Positions 42,668 to 51,926 are shown, counted from the first letter of the stretch. The stretch is DNA of 64,000 bases from Chloroflexota bacterium (GCA_005883585.1 VBFD01000109.1:35813-99812), one strand, 5' to 3'. The notes: generated from the sequence alone by a model not told the origin. Numbers and translations: made by a program.

Positions 42668-43447
42668 CTAGCCCGTGGCCCACTGGAATTCCTGGAGCAG
42701 GGAGTCGAACTCCTGATCCTCAGGAATTCCGTTCGGCGAGTTCTTGGGGTCGGCGGGATCGACTCCGAAGATGGCGACGGTGACGCCGCCTCTGGATGCG
42801 ACGACGACGAAGAACCTGACCTTGGCCGCTGTCGCGTTCGACCCCAGCAGGTTCGCCGAGTAGACGGCACCGACTCCATCCTGGTCGCCGATGTGTGCAC
42901 CTTTGAGGTCGGAGACGTGCGCGACGTCCTGCCAGCTCGCTGTCGGCAGCGCGGTGACGACAGATCCCAGGACCTGGTCGAGCGGAGTGCCGGACTTCGA
43001 TCCCGTGACCTGCAGCTGGCCGAGCTTGGTGGCGAGGATGACGCCCTGCGCGTCCTGCGTGCGCACCGTCCAATCCGGGTCGTATTCGACCGTGTAGCCG
43101 AATGTCGAGCTCTTGTAGGTCGCGGGCGCGGGCAGTGGTGTGACGATCCTGGCCCCGCAGTTCGACGTGCACGGCTTGCGTGTGCCGATGACCTGAGAGG
43201 CGACAAACGAGCTCAGCCCCACAGTCACGGCCGCGAGGATGATGAGAAGCCCCGTGGCGACCGCGATTTGCGAACCCCCGACCCGGCGCAGCCCGGCCGC
43301 CTGGCGTGGGGGTGCGGCTGGGTAGGCGTACGCGGGTTGCGCTGCGACAGGTAGTGGCCCTTGAGGAGCGCCGCACCGCCCGCAGAATGGAGCGCCGGGC
43401 GCGACCTGCGCGCCACATGCGCCGCAGAACCTGGTCTGGACAGCCAT
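42668..43447 (-). CDS. Zinc-ribbon / single-TM / extracytoplasmic-domain protein
   Basis: 259 aa. RFCGACGAQVAPGAPFCGRCGAP (CxxC-x10-CxxC), a Pro-rich linker, a TM (IAVATGLLIILAAVTVGL), then a beta-rich ectodomain of about 170 aa. The start abuts the upstream stop. Confidence 0.65.
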   Translation of the reverse strand: MAVQTRFCGACGAQVAPGAPFCGRCGAPQGPLPVAAQPAYAYPAAPPRQAAGLRRVGGSQIAVATGLLIILAAVTVGLSSFVASQVIGTRKPCTSNCGARIVTPLPAPATYKSSTFGYTVEYDPDWTVRTQDAQGVILATKLGQLQVTGSKSGTPLDQVLGSVVTALPTASWQDVAHVSDLKGAHIGDQDGVGAVYSANLLGSNATAAKVRFFVVVASRGGVTVAIFGVDPADPKNSPNGIPEDQEFDSLLQEFQWATG

Positions 43448-44632
43448 CTACTTGGTAGTGGCCGAGTGCATGCGTGTCTGCTTCGCCGCCGCCCGGGCGA
43501 CGCCGCACGACGGGCAGAAAAGCATGGTCGGCACGATGCGATGACATTCGGGGCAAGCCGCGTCGGGGCCGATCTCATGGGCGGCACCCTCGGCGAGCAG
43601 CGACTGATGGATGACGAGCCGCACGTACATGAGCAGTGCCACCGCAGCCACCGCGCGGATGCCGACCTGGAGCACGAGGTCGGATACCACCACCGACAGG
43701 ATGCCGAGGATGACCTGCGCACCAACCGCGACCACCACCGTCGCGAGCAGAGTCGCCTCCCATCCTCGCCCCGCGCGCCGCAAGTCGTAGCGATGCAGCC
43801 ACGCCGACGCGGTCACCAGCGATGTGGTGGTGGCGTTGATGAGCATGATCAGAATGCCGGCGCTGAGCAGGCGCAGCGCCCAGTCCACTGGCGAGCCGGT
43901 GCCGACCAGAGGGCCGGTAAGCAGCGGCCAGATGGCGGTCAGCGTCGTCGCGAGAGTGAACCCGAGCGCCGATGCCGCTCCGAACGTGAGCCCGTCAAGA
44001 GGCTCGCGCAGCGCGGATCTATAGAAGTAGAGGAACAGTGGGCCGGCCAGCATCAGTGTCTGGGCAACAATTGGGATCACGACGCCCGCCAACAGCAGGT
44101 TGCCTTCGGTGTCGCCGCTGATCTGAAGGCCCGAAACGGCCCCGCCGGTCAGTGCTGTGAACGCATATCCGAGGACCGCGCCGGTGACCATCGTTGCCGC
44201 GATCAGAAGCCACGGCTCTGACTCGTAGACCTCGACCTCGTACAGGTACAGGAGGTACAGGACCGGCAGCATGAAGACCGCGGCGATCGTTGCGGGCGCG
44301 AACAAATGCAGCGCGGCAAGGATCACCACCACCACACTGCCCGCCAGGAGCGCCCAGCGGAAAGCGCCGCCGCGGCGGTGTGGAAGGTGAGGGAAGAGCG
44401 TGGTCACGATCGACAGGTGCACGACCGGCTCCGATGGCACAGCCGCGAAAGCGTTTCTTCGGCTGGCGCTGCCTCGCGTGAGGTGGGCTCCACAATGGCC
44501 GCAGAACTCGCCTGCCGGGACCATCGATCCGCAGTGCGGGCACAGGACGAGTGGAGGTCCGGCGGCAGGCTCATCAGGCTTCGACTTGCGGCGGTCCGGA
44601 GCTCGCCGCCTGTCGCCGGCTTCGCCGGTCAC
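43448..44632 (-). CDS. PrsW-like polytopic membrane protein with zinc ribbons at both termini (catalytic EE motif not seen)
   Basis: 394 aa from GTG 44632 (SD AAGGAGGGGGAG; GTGA overlap with the S53 stop). N-terminal CPHCGSMVPAGEFCGHCG and C-terminal CPECHRIVPTMLFCPSCG. Core has LYLYEVEVYESEPW and REPLDGLTFGAASALGFTLA, which resemble PrsW-family landmarks as I remember them. Confidence 0.45.
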   Translation of the reverse strand: MTGEAGDRRRAPDRRKSKPDEPAAGPPLVLCPHCGSMVPAGEFCGHCGAHLTRGSASRRNAFAAVPSEPVVHLSIVTTLFPHLPHRRGGAFRWALLAGSVVVVILAALHLFAPATIAAVFMLPVLYLLYLYEVEVYESEPWLLIAATMVTGAVLGYAFTALTGGAVSGLQISGDTEGNLLLAGVVIPIVAQTLMLAGPLFLYFYRSALREPLDGLTFGAASALGFTLATTLTAIWPLLTGPLVGTGSPVDWALRLLSAGILIMLINATTTSLVTASAWLHRYDLRRAGRGWEATLLATVVVAVGAQVILGILSVVVSDLVLQVGIRAVAAVALLMYVRLVIHQSLLAEGAAHEIGPDAACPECHRIVPTMLFCPSCGVARAAAKQTRMHSATTK

Positions 44633-46281
44633 GCTCCCCCTCCTTTTATGTAGAGGATCCAGGCGGCGTCGAGCGCGGCGCCGTCCATGCTTCCCCACCC
44701 CGTCGCGAAGTCCCAGCCAGGCACTGCGTCGAAGCCAAGGTTGTTGCCGACTTTGACGTCGTGGAAGGGATTGGCGGGCAGTTTCGATGCATTCGTCCCC
44801 ATCCAGTAGATGGCGGGATTGGCGAAACCGGTCTCGCGCATGCCCTTTCGTTTCAGATCTTGGTCGATGAGCGCGATGGTCGCCGCCCAAAATGGTGCCG
44901 CCGCCGATGTGCCCCCGGCTTGGCCGTCCTGGCCCCCGAAGACGATCGCGAACCCGCTGTTCGGGTCGGCGTCGGCCGCGACGTCGGGCACCTGCCGGAA
45001 GCTGTGTCCCGCGGCCTCGCCGACTGCCTTCTGGTAGTCCGGTATGGGGTAGAACTGGCTGGCGCCACCGCCCGACCCGGTCTCACCGATGGGTCCGCCC
45101 CACGCAGCCTCTTTGAAATAGACGCCCTGCACCGATTCGAACACGGTCGTCCCGCCGACCGCTGTCACGTTTGCCAGCGTCGATGGAAAGCTCGCCGCGG
45201 GTGGCTGATCGACGCCGCATGTGAAAGCGCCGCTGTCGCCGCTCGCAATGAAATGCGACATCCCCAAGGCCACCGAGCGGTCCTGGATGTTCGCGTAGCT
45301 GTCGCGATGGCCGAGCGGGGTCTCCGGTTCGCAGGCCCCAAGGCTCTCGGAGATGATCGAGCCCAGATGGTCGGTGACCAGCTGGTCGAATGCTCGGTCC
45401 GCGTGCGCGAAGTCCGGAGCTGAGAGGTAGACGACCATCTTCGCCGCAGGGGCGATCTCGTGTATGACCTCGAGGTCGAGAACCGCCTCTCCTTGCGGCT
45501 TCTCAGGTGTGCCCCACGCCGGATCGCGCTTGATAGTCACCAGAGGGTCGAACGGCGGCAAGCTGAACTTGGTCGCGAACTTGTTGAGGTCCGTCAGGTT
45601 CGGAAGGTCGTCGATCTCGGGGAGGACGATCGTGATGCCAGTGCCGTCGAGTCCGCTGTCACGAAGCGGCTTCAGGTTGTAGTAGGTGACCAAGTCTGCC
45701 GGAGTCATACCGCCTGGACGCACGGCGTAGGTGCGATTACGCCGAAAGTTGTCGAGGCCGGTCACGCTGGTGACGACCGCGGCGACGTCCGCTGGTAGGC
45801 GCGGGGTATCGAGCGAGGCGTAAAACGTGGTGCCGTTGGCGAGGCGATAGTCCTCGATGTCGATCGTGAACACTGCCGCCACCGCCGGCGCGGGCCCGGC
45901 TGCGGCGATGAGGCCCGACCCCGGACGCCATGTTGCATGCAGGCCGCCCGACGTCAGGGTCCTGAGGGCGGCCTGCACCCCCGCCGGGTCGGGCCCGAAC
46001 TCGGCCGCGTACTGATCAGGCGTCACTGTCTGGCCGGAGGCGAGGAGCTCGGCCAGCTCGTCCGGTCGCCTCACTTTGAGGCCGAGGCTCAGATCGACCT
46101 CGGTCGCCGGACCGGCCTTGCCCAGGTGCGTGGCATGTGAGATGGCGGTTGCGAGTAACGGGGTAGGAGAGCTCAGATTGCTCGTCCCCATGTGTATGGG
46201 CCGCTCCGATGGCGGCGGGCTGCATGCTGCCGCAACCAGGAGCACCAGGGCTGTCAGCGCCCCCAGGAACCGCATAGTCAC
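44629..46281 (-). CDS. S53 (sedolisin/kumamolisin-like) peptidase with pro-domain, lipoprotein signal
   Basis: MTMRFLGALTALVLLVAAAC (lipobox). Pro-kumamolisin-like LSLGLKVRRPDELAELLASGQTVTPDQYAAEFGP. Catalytic-domain motifs EAVLDLEVIHE, IASGDSGAFTCG and GGTSAAAPFWAATIAL. Confidence 0.8.
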   Translation of the reverse strand: MTMRFLGALTALVLLVAAACSPPPSERPIHMGTSNLSSPTPLLATAISHATHLGKAGPATEVDLSLGLKVRRPDELAELLASGQTVTPDQYAAEFGPDPAGVQAALRTLTSGGLHATWRPGSGLIAAAGPAPAVAAVFTIDIEDYRLANGTTFYASLDTPRLPADVAAVVTSVTGLDNFRRNRTYAVRPGGMTPADLVTYYNLKPLRDSGLDGTGITIVLPEIDDLPNLTDLNKFATKFSLPPFDPLVTIKRDPAWGTPEKPQGEAVLDLEVIHEIAPAAKMVVYLSAPDFAHADRAFDQLVTDHLGSIISESLGACEPETPLGHRDSYANIQDRSVALGMSHFIASGDSGAFTCGVDQPPAASFPSTLANVTAVGGTTVFESVQGVYFKEAAWGGPIGETGSGGGASQFYPIPDYQKAVGEAAGHSFRQVPDVAADADPNSGFAIVFGGQDGQAGGTSAAAPFWAATIALIDQDLKRKGMRETGFANPAIYWMGTNASKLPANPFHDVKVGNNLGFDAVPGWDFATGWGSMDGAALDAAWILYIKGGGA

Positions 46282-47159
46282 CGAAGGTTAGCTTCCCAGA
46301 CCTCCGACTCGAACGCCAAAGCGAAGCCGATCTTGTTGTAGGCATCGAAAGCCCGGGTGTGATTCCAGCCGTCGACGTACAGCGAGGCCGAGCGCGCACC
46401 CTCGTCGTGAAGGCGGCGCAGCGCCTCGGCCACGAGCCACATGGCGAGTCCTTTCCGCCGGTGCTCGGGGACGGTGCCAACTGAGCTGACAATCCCGACC
46501 GGCTGCGGGCGGGCATCTTCGACGTACGACTCGACGTGGGCGAGCGTGACAGCCGCCGGCGCTCCGTCCTTGGTGGTCGCCATCAGCGCCAGATGGGGCG
46601 GGCGCCCGGTCACCAGCTCGACCTCCTGGCGCGGCGAGAAGCGCCAGTGGTCGGCGAACGAACGATTGTGGACATCAGACCAGCAACCAGGAGCAACCCC
46701 ACTTCCATCGCGCAGCTCGTATCCGGGAACCGGCGTCACAGCCGGCAGGTCGCCGGAGATGCTCATGTCCATGCGCCACCACGGCCGCACGAGCTCAGCG
46801 CCCAGCTGAGCCAGGCCGTCGGTGTGCCCCCGCCCGCACCATACCTGCGCGGCGACGGCGCCAGAGGCTTTGGAAAGATCGAATCCCCACCGCAGCAGGT
46901 CACGCCTCAGCTCAGCCCGCAGAGCGGCAACCGACACCTGCGTGATCACTCCTTCCGGCGTCGATCGGCCGGCGACGAGAACTGCCCCGTCCAGCCCAGT
47001 CCCACCTTCGACCATCCTCGAGCGCGCGCCCCAATCGAAGCCGGCCAGCATCCGCTGAAGTAGGGCTTCGCCCGGCACGCAATCCTGCCGGCCCGCGCGT
47101 ACCTCGGCATGCATGAGCTCGAGCACCGCGGGCAGATCTCCTGCGCGTCCCGGCCTCAT
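46278..47159 (-). CDS. Double-GNAT acetyltransferase with mycothiol-synthase (MshD)-like architecture
   Basis: 293 aa. The C-terminal half, VPGYELRDG...HNRSFADHWRFSP...VGTVPEHRRKGLAMWLVAEAL...LYVDGWNHTRAFDAYNKIGF, parallels MshD as I recall it. The function is not proven. Confidence 0.5.
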   Translation of the reverse strand: MRPGRAGDLPAVLELMHAEVRAGRQDCVPGEALLQRMLAGFDWGARSRMVEGGTGLDGAVLVAGRSTPEGVITQVSVAALRAELRRDLLRWGFDLSKASGAVAAQVWCGRGHTDGLAQLGAELVRPWWRMDMSISGDLPAVTPVPGYELRDGSGVAPGCWSDVHNRSFADHWRFSPRQEVELVTGRPPHLALMATTKDGAPAAVTLAHVESYVEDARPQPVGIVSSVGTVPEHRRKGLAMWLVAEALRRLHDEGARSASLYVDGWNHTRAFDAYNKIGFALAFESEVWEANLR

Positions 47160-48529
47160 GCCGTCGCCCTGGCTGTGACCTCGTGCACCTCAGGCAGCGC
47201 GCGACGGATCATCTCCTCCAGCTCGGTCTCCACCTGGTGCGCCTGTTCGAGGCTGACGTCACCGGACAGCTCTGCCACCACATGCGCATGGATTCGGTTG
47301 TGACGGTCGCTCAGCTCCACATCGACGCAGCGCTTCACCGCCGGTTGCGATTCGACGACCTCGCGCATCCGCTGCGCGAGCAATGCGCGTCGCTTGGTGA
47401 CATCTTCGCCCGCCACGAAGACCGGCTCCATCGGCTCCAGGTGGATGTCGATACGAGTGGCATCGGGCAGCTCGGCGCGCAGTGTCTTCTCGAGTCGTGC
47501 GCTGGCCTGCGACGCTGCTGCGAGGGTCATGTCGCCTGGAAGCTTCGCGTGCATGGTGAGGTGGAGCGAGCCGTCGCTCTCACGCTCGACCGTCACGTTG
47601 TGAAGGTCGCGTACTCCGCCGTTGCGAGCCGCCGCCGCGTGAACGCGCTCGACCAGATCGCTCGGCTCCGACTGCCCCTCGACGAGCACCGTGAGGTCGA
47701 GCTCCGGCAGGGCCGCGCCGGCCGCCCGCTTGACGTCGTCGACCAGCCCGCCGGCGGCTTCGAGTGGAAGCATTCGCGCGGTGGCGATGCTGGCGTCGCC
47801 TAGCAGCTTGGGCCCGGATCGGCGGACGCGAACTGAGCGCACCTCGCGGACGCCGTCAACGCCGGCGATCGCAGCGCGCAGCTTGCGTTCAGCGCCGGCC
47901 GGCGCGCGATCCATGAGGATGTCGCCCGAACGCCACGCCAGGCGCCCGGCTGCTCGCGCAATGATCACGGCCACAAGCAGCGCCGCGGCCGAGTCGGCCC
48001 ACGCGAATCCCATCCTCACGCCCGCCAGCCCGGCCAGCACGCCAACGGTCGCGAGGACGTCCGACCACCGGTTGGTCGCGTCGGCCAGCAACGCGTCGCT
48101 GCCCGCCTCACGGCCAACCCTGCGGAGCACGGCCGCTCGTCCCAGCTCGATGAAGAGCGTGGCGACAAGGAGCGCGAACGCATAGGCGGCGGCGTTGACC
48201 GCTGCCCCGCCCACGGTCAGCCGGTGGATGGCCTGATACCCGATGCCCGCAGCGGTGATCAGGAGCAGGACGCCTTCGGCGAAGGCGGCCAGGTTCTCGG
48301 CGCGCCCGTGACCGTAGGGGTGCTCGGAGTCGGCAGGCTTGCGTGCGGTCCGCACGGCCACAAGGGTGAAACCGCTGGCGGCGAGGTCCAGCAGGGAGTG
48401 GACGGCCTCGCTGATGATTCCGAGGCTGCCGGTCAGCAGCCCGACGACGAGCTTGCCCACCACGATGACCACGCCGATCAGAACCGAGCCGAGGGCGACG
48501 AGCTCGGGCCGGCGTCCGAGTGCCTTCAC
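47156..48529 (-). CDS. Cation diffusion facilitator (CDF) transporter with three tandem C-terminal cytoplasmic domains
   Basis: 457 aa. TM core has EAVHSLLDLAASG and SEHPYGHGRAENL. From about aa 212 there are three successive 75-85-aa segments with the same beta-alpha-beta-like pattern (G.R.V..V.V...G....). See the corresponding finding. Confidence 0.8.
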   Translation of the reverse strand: MKALGRRPELVALGSVLIGVVIVVGKLVVGLLTGSLGIISEAVHSLLDLAASGFTLVAVRTARKPADSEHPYGHGRAENLAAFAEGVLLLITAAGIGYQAIHRLTVGGAAVNAAAYAFALLVATLFIELGRAAVLRRVGREAGSDALLADATNRWSDVLATVGVLAGLAGVRMGFAWADSAAALLVAVIIARAAGRLAWRSGDILMDRAPAGAERKLRAAIAGVDGVREVRSVRVRRSGPKLLGDASIATARMLPLEAAGGLVDDVKRAAGAALPELDLTVLVEGQSEPSDLVERVHAAAARNGGVRDLHNVTVERESDGSLHLTMHAKLPGDMTLAAASQASARLEKTLRAELPDATRIDIHLEPMEPVFVAGEDVTKRRALLAQRMREVVESQPAVKRCVDVELSDRHNRIHAHVVAELSGDVSLEQAHQVETELEEMIRRALPEVHEVTARATA

Positions 48530-48547
48530 GTCTTCAACTGTAGAGGG

Positions 48548-49555
48548 CTAGTTCAGCATCGCCGCCGACGCGAAGAGCTGCTCCTCAGACCCCAGCGCGA
48601 TCAGAAGGTCTCCGTCCTCCAGCGTCATGTCGGCGCCCGGGTTGACATGCACAGAGCCGTCTTCGCGGCGCAGCGCCAGGAGCTTTGCTGCTTGGGCGCT
48701 CAGGAGGCCGGCCTCCGAGATGGTCTTGCCCACCGCCGCCATTCCCCGCTTCACCAGCATCTCCTCGACCGCGATCTCGGCCATGCCGTGGTGAAGGGTG
48801 TCGAGGACGTCCACCAGCGCCGGCCGCACCGCGAGCTCGGCCATCCTGTGTCCGGCCATCTGATACGGGGAGATCACCCGGTTCGCGCCCGCCAACTCGA
48901 GGCGGCGGATCGATTCGGGCCGGCCGGCGCGCGAGATCAGGTAGAGCTCGGGCTTGAGAGCGCGAGCCGCGAGGATGATGTAAACGGCGCGCTCGTCAGA
49001 GTCGACTGCTGAGATGAGGCCGCGTGCTCGCTCGATGCCAGCGAGCTTGAGAATTTCCTCGCTCGACGCATCGCCCTCGACGTGCAGGCGGCCTTCGTTG
49101 CGCAGCCGGACCAGCGCCTCCTCGGTCTGGTCGATGACCGCGTAGCTGATCTTGTGCTGCTCGAACTCGGCGACGATCTGGGTCCCGATGCGGCCGTAGC
49201 CGCAGATGATGAAGTGATCGCTCAGCTGGTTCAGCGCGCGCTCCAACTGCCGCTCCCTCCTGTAGTTGACGAAGGCGCCGTCGGTGAGCGTCTCGGCGAA
49301 GACGCCGAAACCGTAAAGCATCGTACCCACGCCGACGACGATCAGGGTCGATGTGAAAAGCCTGCCGGTCGTGGACAGCTGGTGGAGCTCGCTGTAGCCG
49401 ACGGTGCTGATCGTGATGATCGTCATGTAGAAGGCATCGAGTAGGTTCCAGCCTTCGATGAGCATGTAACCGGAGATGCCGTAGAGGATCACCACCGCAA
49501 GGAGTACCGCGGGTAATCGGAACCGCCTCAGTGGGTGCGGGAGGCGCCGCTTCAT
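48548..49555 (-). CDS. Two-TM K+ channel with RCK (TrkA-N + TrkA-C) gating domain, MthK-like; filter reads TVGYS
   Basis: 335 aa from ATG 49555 (ATGA overlap with the upstream crotonase stop). Pore is FYMTIITISTVGYSE. RCK Rossmann motif is HFIICGYGRIGTQIV. A C-terminal TrkA-C-like segment follows. The track ORF opens at 49969 (Arg-rich artefact). Confidence 0.8.
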   Translation of the reverse strand: MKRRLPHPLRRFRLPAVLLAVVILYGISGYMLIEGWNLLDAFYMTIITISTVGYSELHQLSTTGRLFTSTLIVVGVGTMLYGFGVFAETLTDGAFVNYRRERQLERALNQLSDHFIICGYGRIGTQIVAEFEQHKISYAVIDQTEEALVRLRNEGRLHVEGDASSEEILKLAGIERARGLISAVDSDERAVYIILAARALKPELYLISRAGRPESIRRLELAGANRVISPYQMAGHRMAELAVRPALVDVLDTLHHGMAEIAVEEMLVKRGMAAVGKTISEAGLLSAQAAKLLALRREDGSVHVNPGADMTLEDGDLLIALGSEEQLFASAAMLN

Positions 49556-50316
49556 GGGTTCCGGCGCTTCCGCTCCATCTTCGCGACGGCGTCCCAATGG
49601 GCCGGATCCGCCCATGTCTTCGCGAACGCCGCGATGGTTTCGTCTGCGAGCTCGGGATTGTGATGCGGACGAACTGCGCCGACGGAAGCCTTGATCCCGG
49701 CGAGCGCCGGGGCGGGCGCATCCGCGATCTTTCGCGCCAGCTCGCCCACGCCGGCGTCGAATGAATCGTCCGGGTAGACGACTTCGATCAGGCCGAGGTC
49801 TTTCGCTTCGGCCGCGGACATGATGACGCCCGTCAACAGCATGTAGAGAGCACGGCCGCGACCAACGAGCGCCGCGAGACGCTCTGAGGCGCCCCACGCC
49901 GGCATCAATCCGAGAGTGATCTGGGCGAAACCGATGCGCGCGTGGCCGGCGGCGACACGGAAATCGCAAGCGAGCGCGAGCTCTGCACCGCCGCCGAAGG
50001 CATCGCCGTTCAAGGCTGCGATGACCGGGATCGGCAGCCGCGGTATCCGATCGAGCGTCGCTCGCATCGCCTGCGCCATCTCGGCGGCGGCCGTCTCCGA
50101 GCGCATGTGCTCGAGCTCCTTGAGGTCTCCGCCGGCGCAGAAGGCGCGCTCGCCCGAACCCCGAATGACGAGTAGGCGGGCTCCACTTTGCTGAATCGAG
50201 CCGAGCGTCTCGTCGAGCTCGCGCATGGTCTGGGTGGCCAGCGCATTGCGGGCTTGCGGCCGGTCGATGAGCAGGGTTGCGACCCCGCCGTTCACCTCGA
50301 GCCGCAGGTCTTTCAT
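49552..50316 (-). CDS. Enoyl-CoA hydratase/isomerase family protein, second copy
   Basis: VATLLIDRPQARNAL, FCAGGDLKE and IAALNGDAFGGGAELALACDFRVA. Confidence 0.85.
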   Translation of the reverse strand: MKDLRLEVNGGVATLLIDRPQARNALATQTMRELDETLGSIQQSGARLLVIRGSGERAFCAGGDLKELEHMRSETAAAEMAQAMRATLDRIPRLPIPVIAALNGDAFGGGAELALACDFRVAAGHARIGFAQITLGLMPAWGASERLAALVGRGRALYMLLTGVIMSAAEAKDLGLIEVVYPDDSFDAGVGELARKIADAPAPALAGIKASVGAVRPHHNPELADETIAAFAKTWADPAHWDAVAKMERKRRNP

Positions 50317-50329
50317 CTAGAGCCGGCCG

Positions 50330-51748
50330 CTAGCCGCCTCCGCCCGGACCTTCCAGACCAGGTTTGGTCATCTTGCCGAGGTCGAGGACCTTGTTCAAGG
50401 CCGTCTCGGACACGCCGCGCGCGCGGGCCAGCTCGCGGATCGATCGGCCTGTGCGGATCGACTCCTTGGCGATCTTGGCCGCTTCGTCGTAGCCGATCAG
50501 CGGATTGAGCGCGGTCGCCAGCATCGGACTTCTCTCCACGAGCTCCGGTCCGCGCTCGGTCGCCTGCAGCCCTTCGACGCAGCGCTCGCGGAAATTGCGA
50601 GCCGACGCCGCCAGCAACGTGATCGATTCGAGGCCCGCCACCCCGGCGACGGGCATCATCACGTTGAGCTCGAAAAAGCTGCCCGACTGCCCGCACGTCG
50701 TGACAGTGAGGTCGTTGCCCAGGACGCGGGCCACCACCATCGTCACCGACTCGACGATGACGGGGTTGACCTTGCCCGGCATGATGCTCGAACCCGGTTG
50801 GGTCTCAGGCAAGCGCAGCTCGCCCAGGCCGGCGATGGGCCCACTGCCCATGAGGCGGATGTCGAAGCCGATCTTCCACAGGCTCACCGCGACCGTGCGC
50901 AGTGCGCCGTGTGCCGCGACCAGGACGTCGAGGGTTGCCTGGGCGTGGAAGTGATTGCGTGTTTCGTGGATCCGCAGTCCCGTCGCCGCCGCCAGGCGGG
51001 TGCACGTCATGCGGGTGTATCGCGGGTGTGAGTTCAGCCCGGTTCCCACCGCGGTCCCCCCGAGCGGAACGCTCGTCAGCTCATCCACCGCTCCGCGCGC
51101 GCGCCGGATCGATTCCTCGACTTGCCCCGCATAGCCCTTGAACTCCTGACCGAGACGGATCGGCGTCGCATCCATGAGGTGGGTCCGCCCGGTTTTGATC
51201 ACGGGCCAGAACTCCTTGCTCTTCGCCTCCAGCGCAGCTTGCAGCTGCTGCAGCGCGGGGATCAGCTCATCGGTGATGGCGACCCCCCACGAGATTTGAA
51301 TGGCGGTCGGAATCACGTCGTTCGAGGACTGGCACAGGTTCACGTGGTCGTTGGGATGGACGAGCTTGGAGCCCTGCGCGCCGCCGAGGATCTCTGTCGC
51401 GCGGCTGGCGATGACCTCGTTGGCGTTGGTGTTTGTCGACGTGCCGGAACCGGTCTGATAGACGTCGATCGGGAACTGATCGTCGTGCTTGCCGTCGACG
51501 ACCTCCTGAGCCGCTTTGATGATCGCGCGAGCTTTCTTCTGCGGAAGCAGACCCAGCTCCACGTTGGTCTCGGCGGCGGCCTTCTTGATCAGACCGAGGG
51601 CGCGGATGAATCTCCGCGGGAAGGGCTGTCCCGAGATGGGAAAGTTGAGGACGGCTCGCTGCGTGGAAGCGCCGTAGTAAGCATTCGCCGGCACTTCGAC
51701 CTCACCCATGGAGTCTCGCTCGATGCGCACCTTGTTGTTCGCTGCCAC
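50330..51748 (-). CDS. aspA: Aspartate ammonia-lyase (class II fumarase/aspartase superfamily)
   Basis: VRIERDSMGEVEVPANAYYGASTQRAV, the SS-loop GSSIMPGKVNPVIVES, and TGRTHLMDATP. The AYYG and NPV features favour aspartase over FumC, but this is not decisive. GTG 51748 gives 472 aa; the ORF opens at 51844. Confidence 0.7.
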   Translation of the reverse strand: MAANNKVRIERDSMGEVEVPANAYYGASTQRAVLNFPISGQPFPRRFIRALGLIKKAAAETNVELGLLPQKKARAIIKAAQEVVDGKHDDQFPIDVYQTGSGTSTNTNANEVIASRATEILGGAQGSKLVHPNDHVNLCQSSNDVIPTAIQISWGVAITDELIPALQQLQAALEAKSKEFWPVIKTGRTHLMDATPIRLGQEFKGYAGQVEESIRRARGAVDELTSVPLGGTAVGTGLNSHPRYTRMTCTRLAAATGLRIHETRNHFHAQATLDVLVAAHGALRTVAVSLWKIGFDIRLMGSGPIAGLGELRLPETQPGSSIMPGKVNPVIVESVTMVVARVLGNDLTVTTCGQSGSFFELNVMMPVAGVAGLESITLLAASARNFRERCVEGLQATERGPELVERSPMLATALNPLIGYDEAAKIAKESIRTGRSIRELARARGVSETALNKVLDLGKMTKPGLEGPGGGG

Positions 51749-51926
51749 CGACGGAGATTCTAGAGTGGCCCCATATGCGGCTCGCGGCGGTCGAGAGTAC
51801 GGGCGAGGCAGGCCTCGCCCGTGGGTAAAGCTGGCGACGCACATCGCCCGAGGCGTCTGGAAGGAGCATAAGTGACGGCCGGAATAAATCCGGCCTATGA
51901 CTCCACTGGGTTACTTTTCAATCTGA

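Noticed and set aside
43448-44890. First 86 codons of the 480-aa ORF
   Set aside because: They overlap the S53 peptidase 3' end out of frame. GTG 44632, with a strong SD and a GTGA overlap, is the likely start.
48548-49969. First 138 codons of the 473-aa ORF
   Set aside because: This is an Arg-rich reading through the crotonase gene. The channel begins at ATG 49555 (ATGA coupling).
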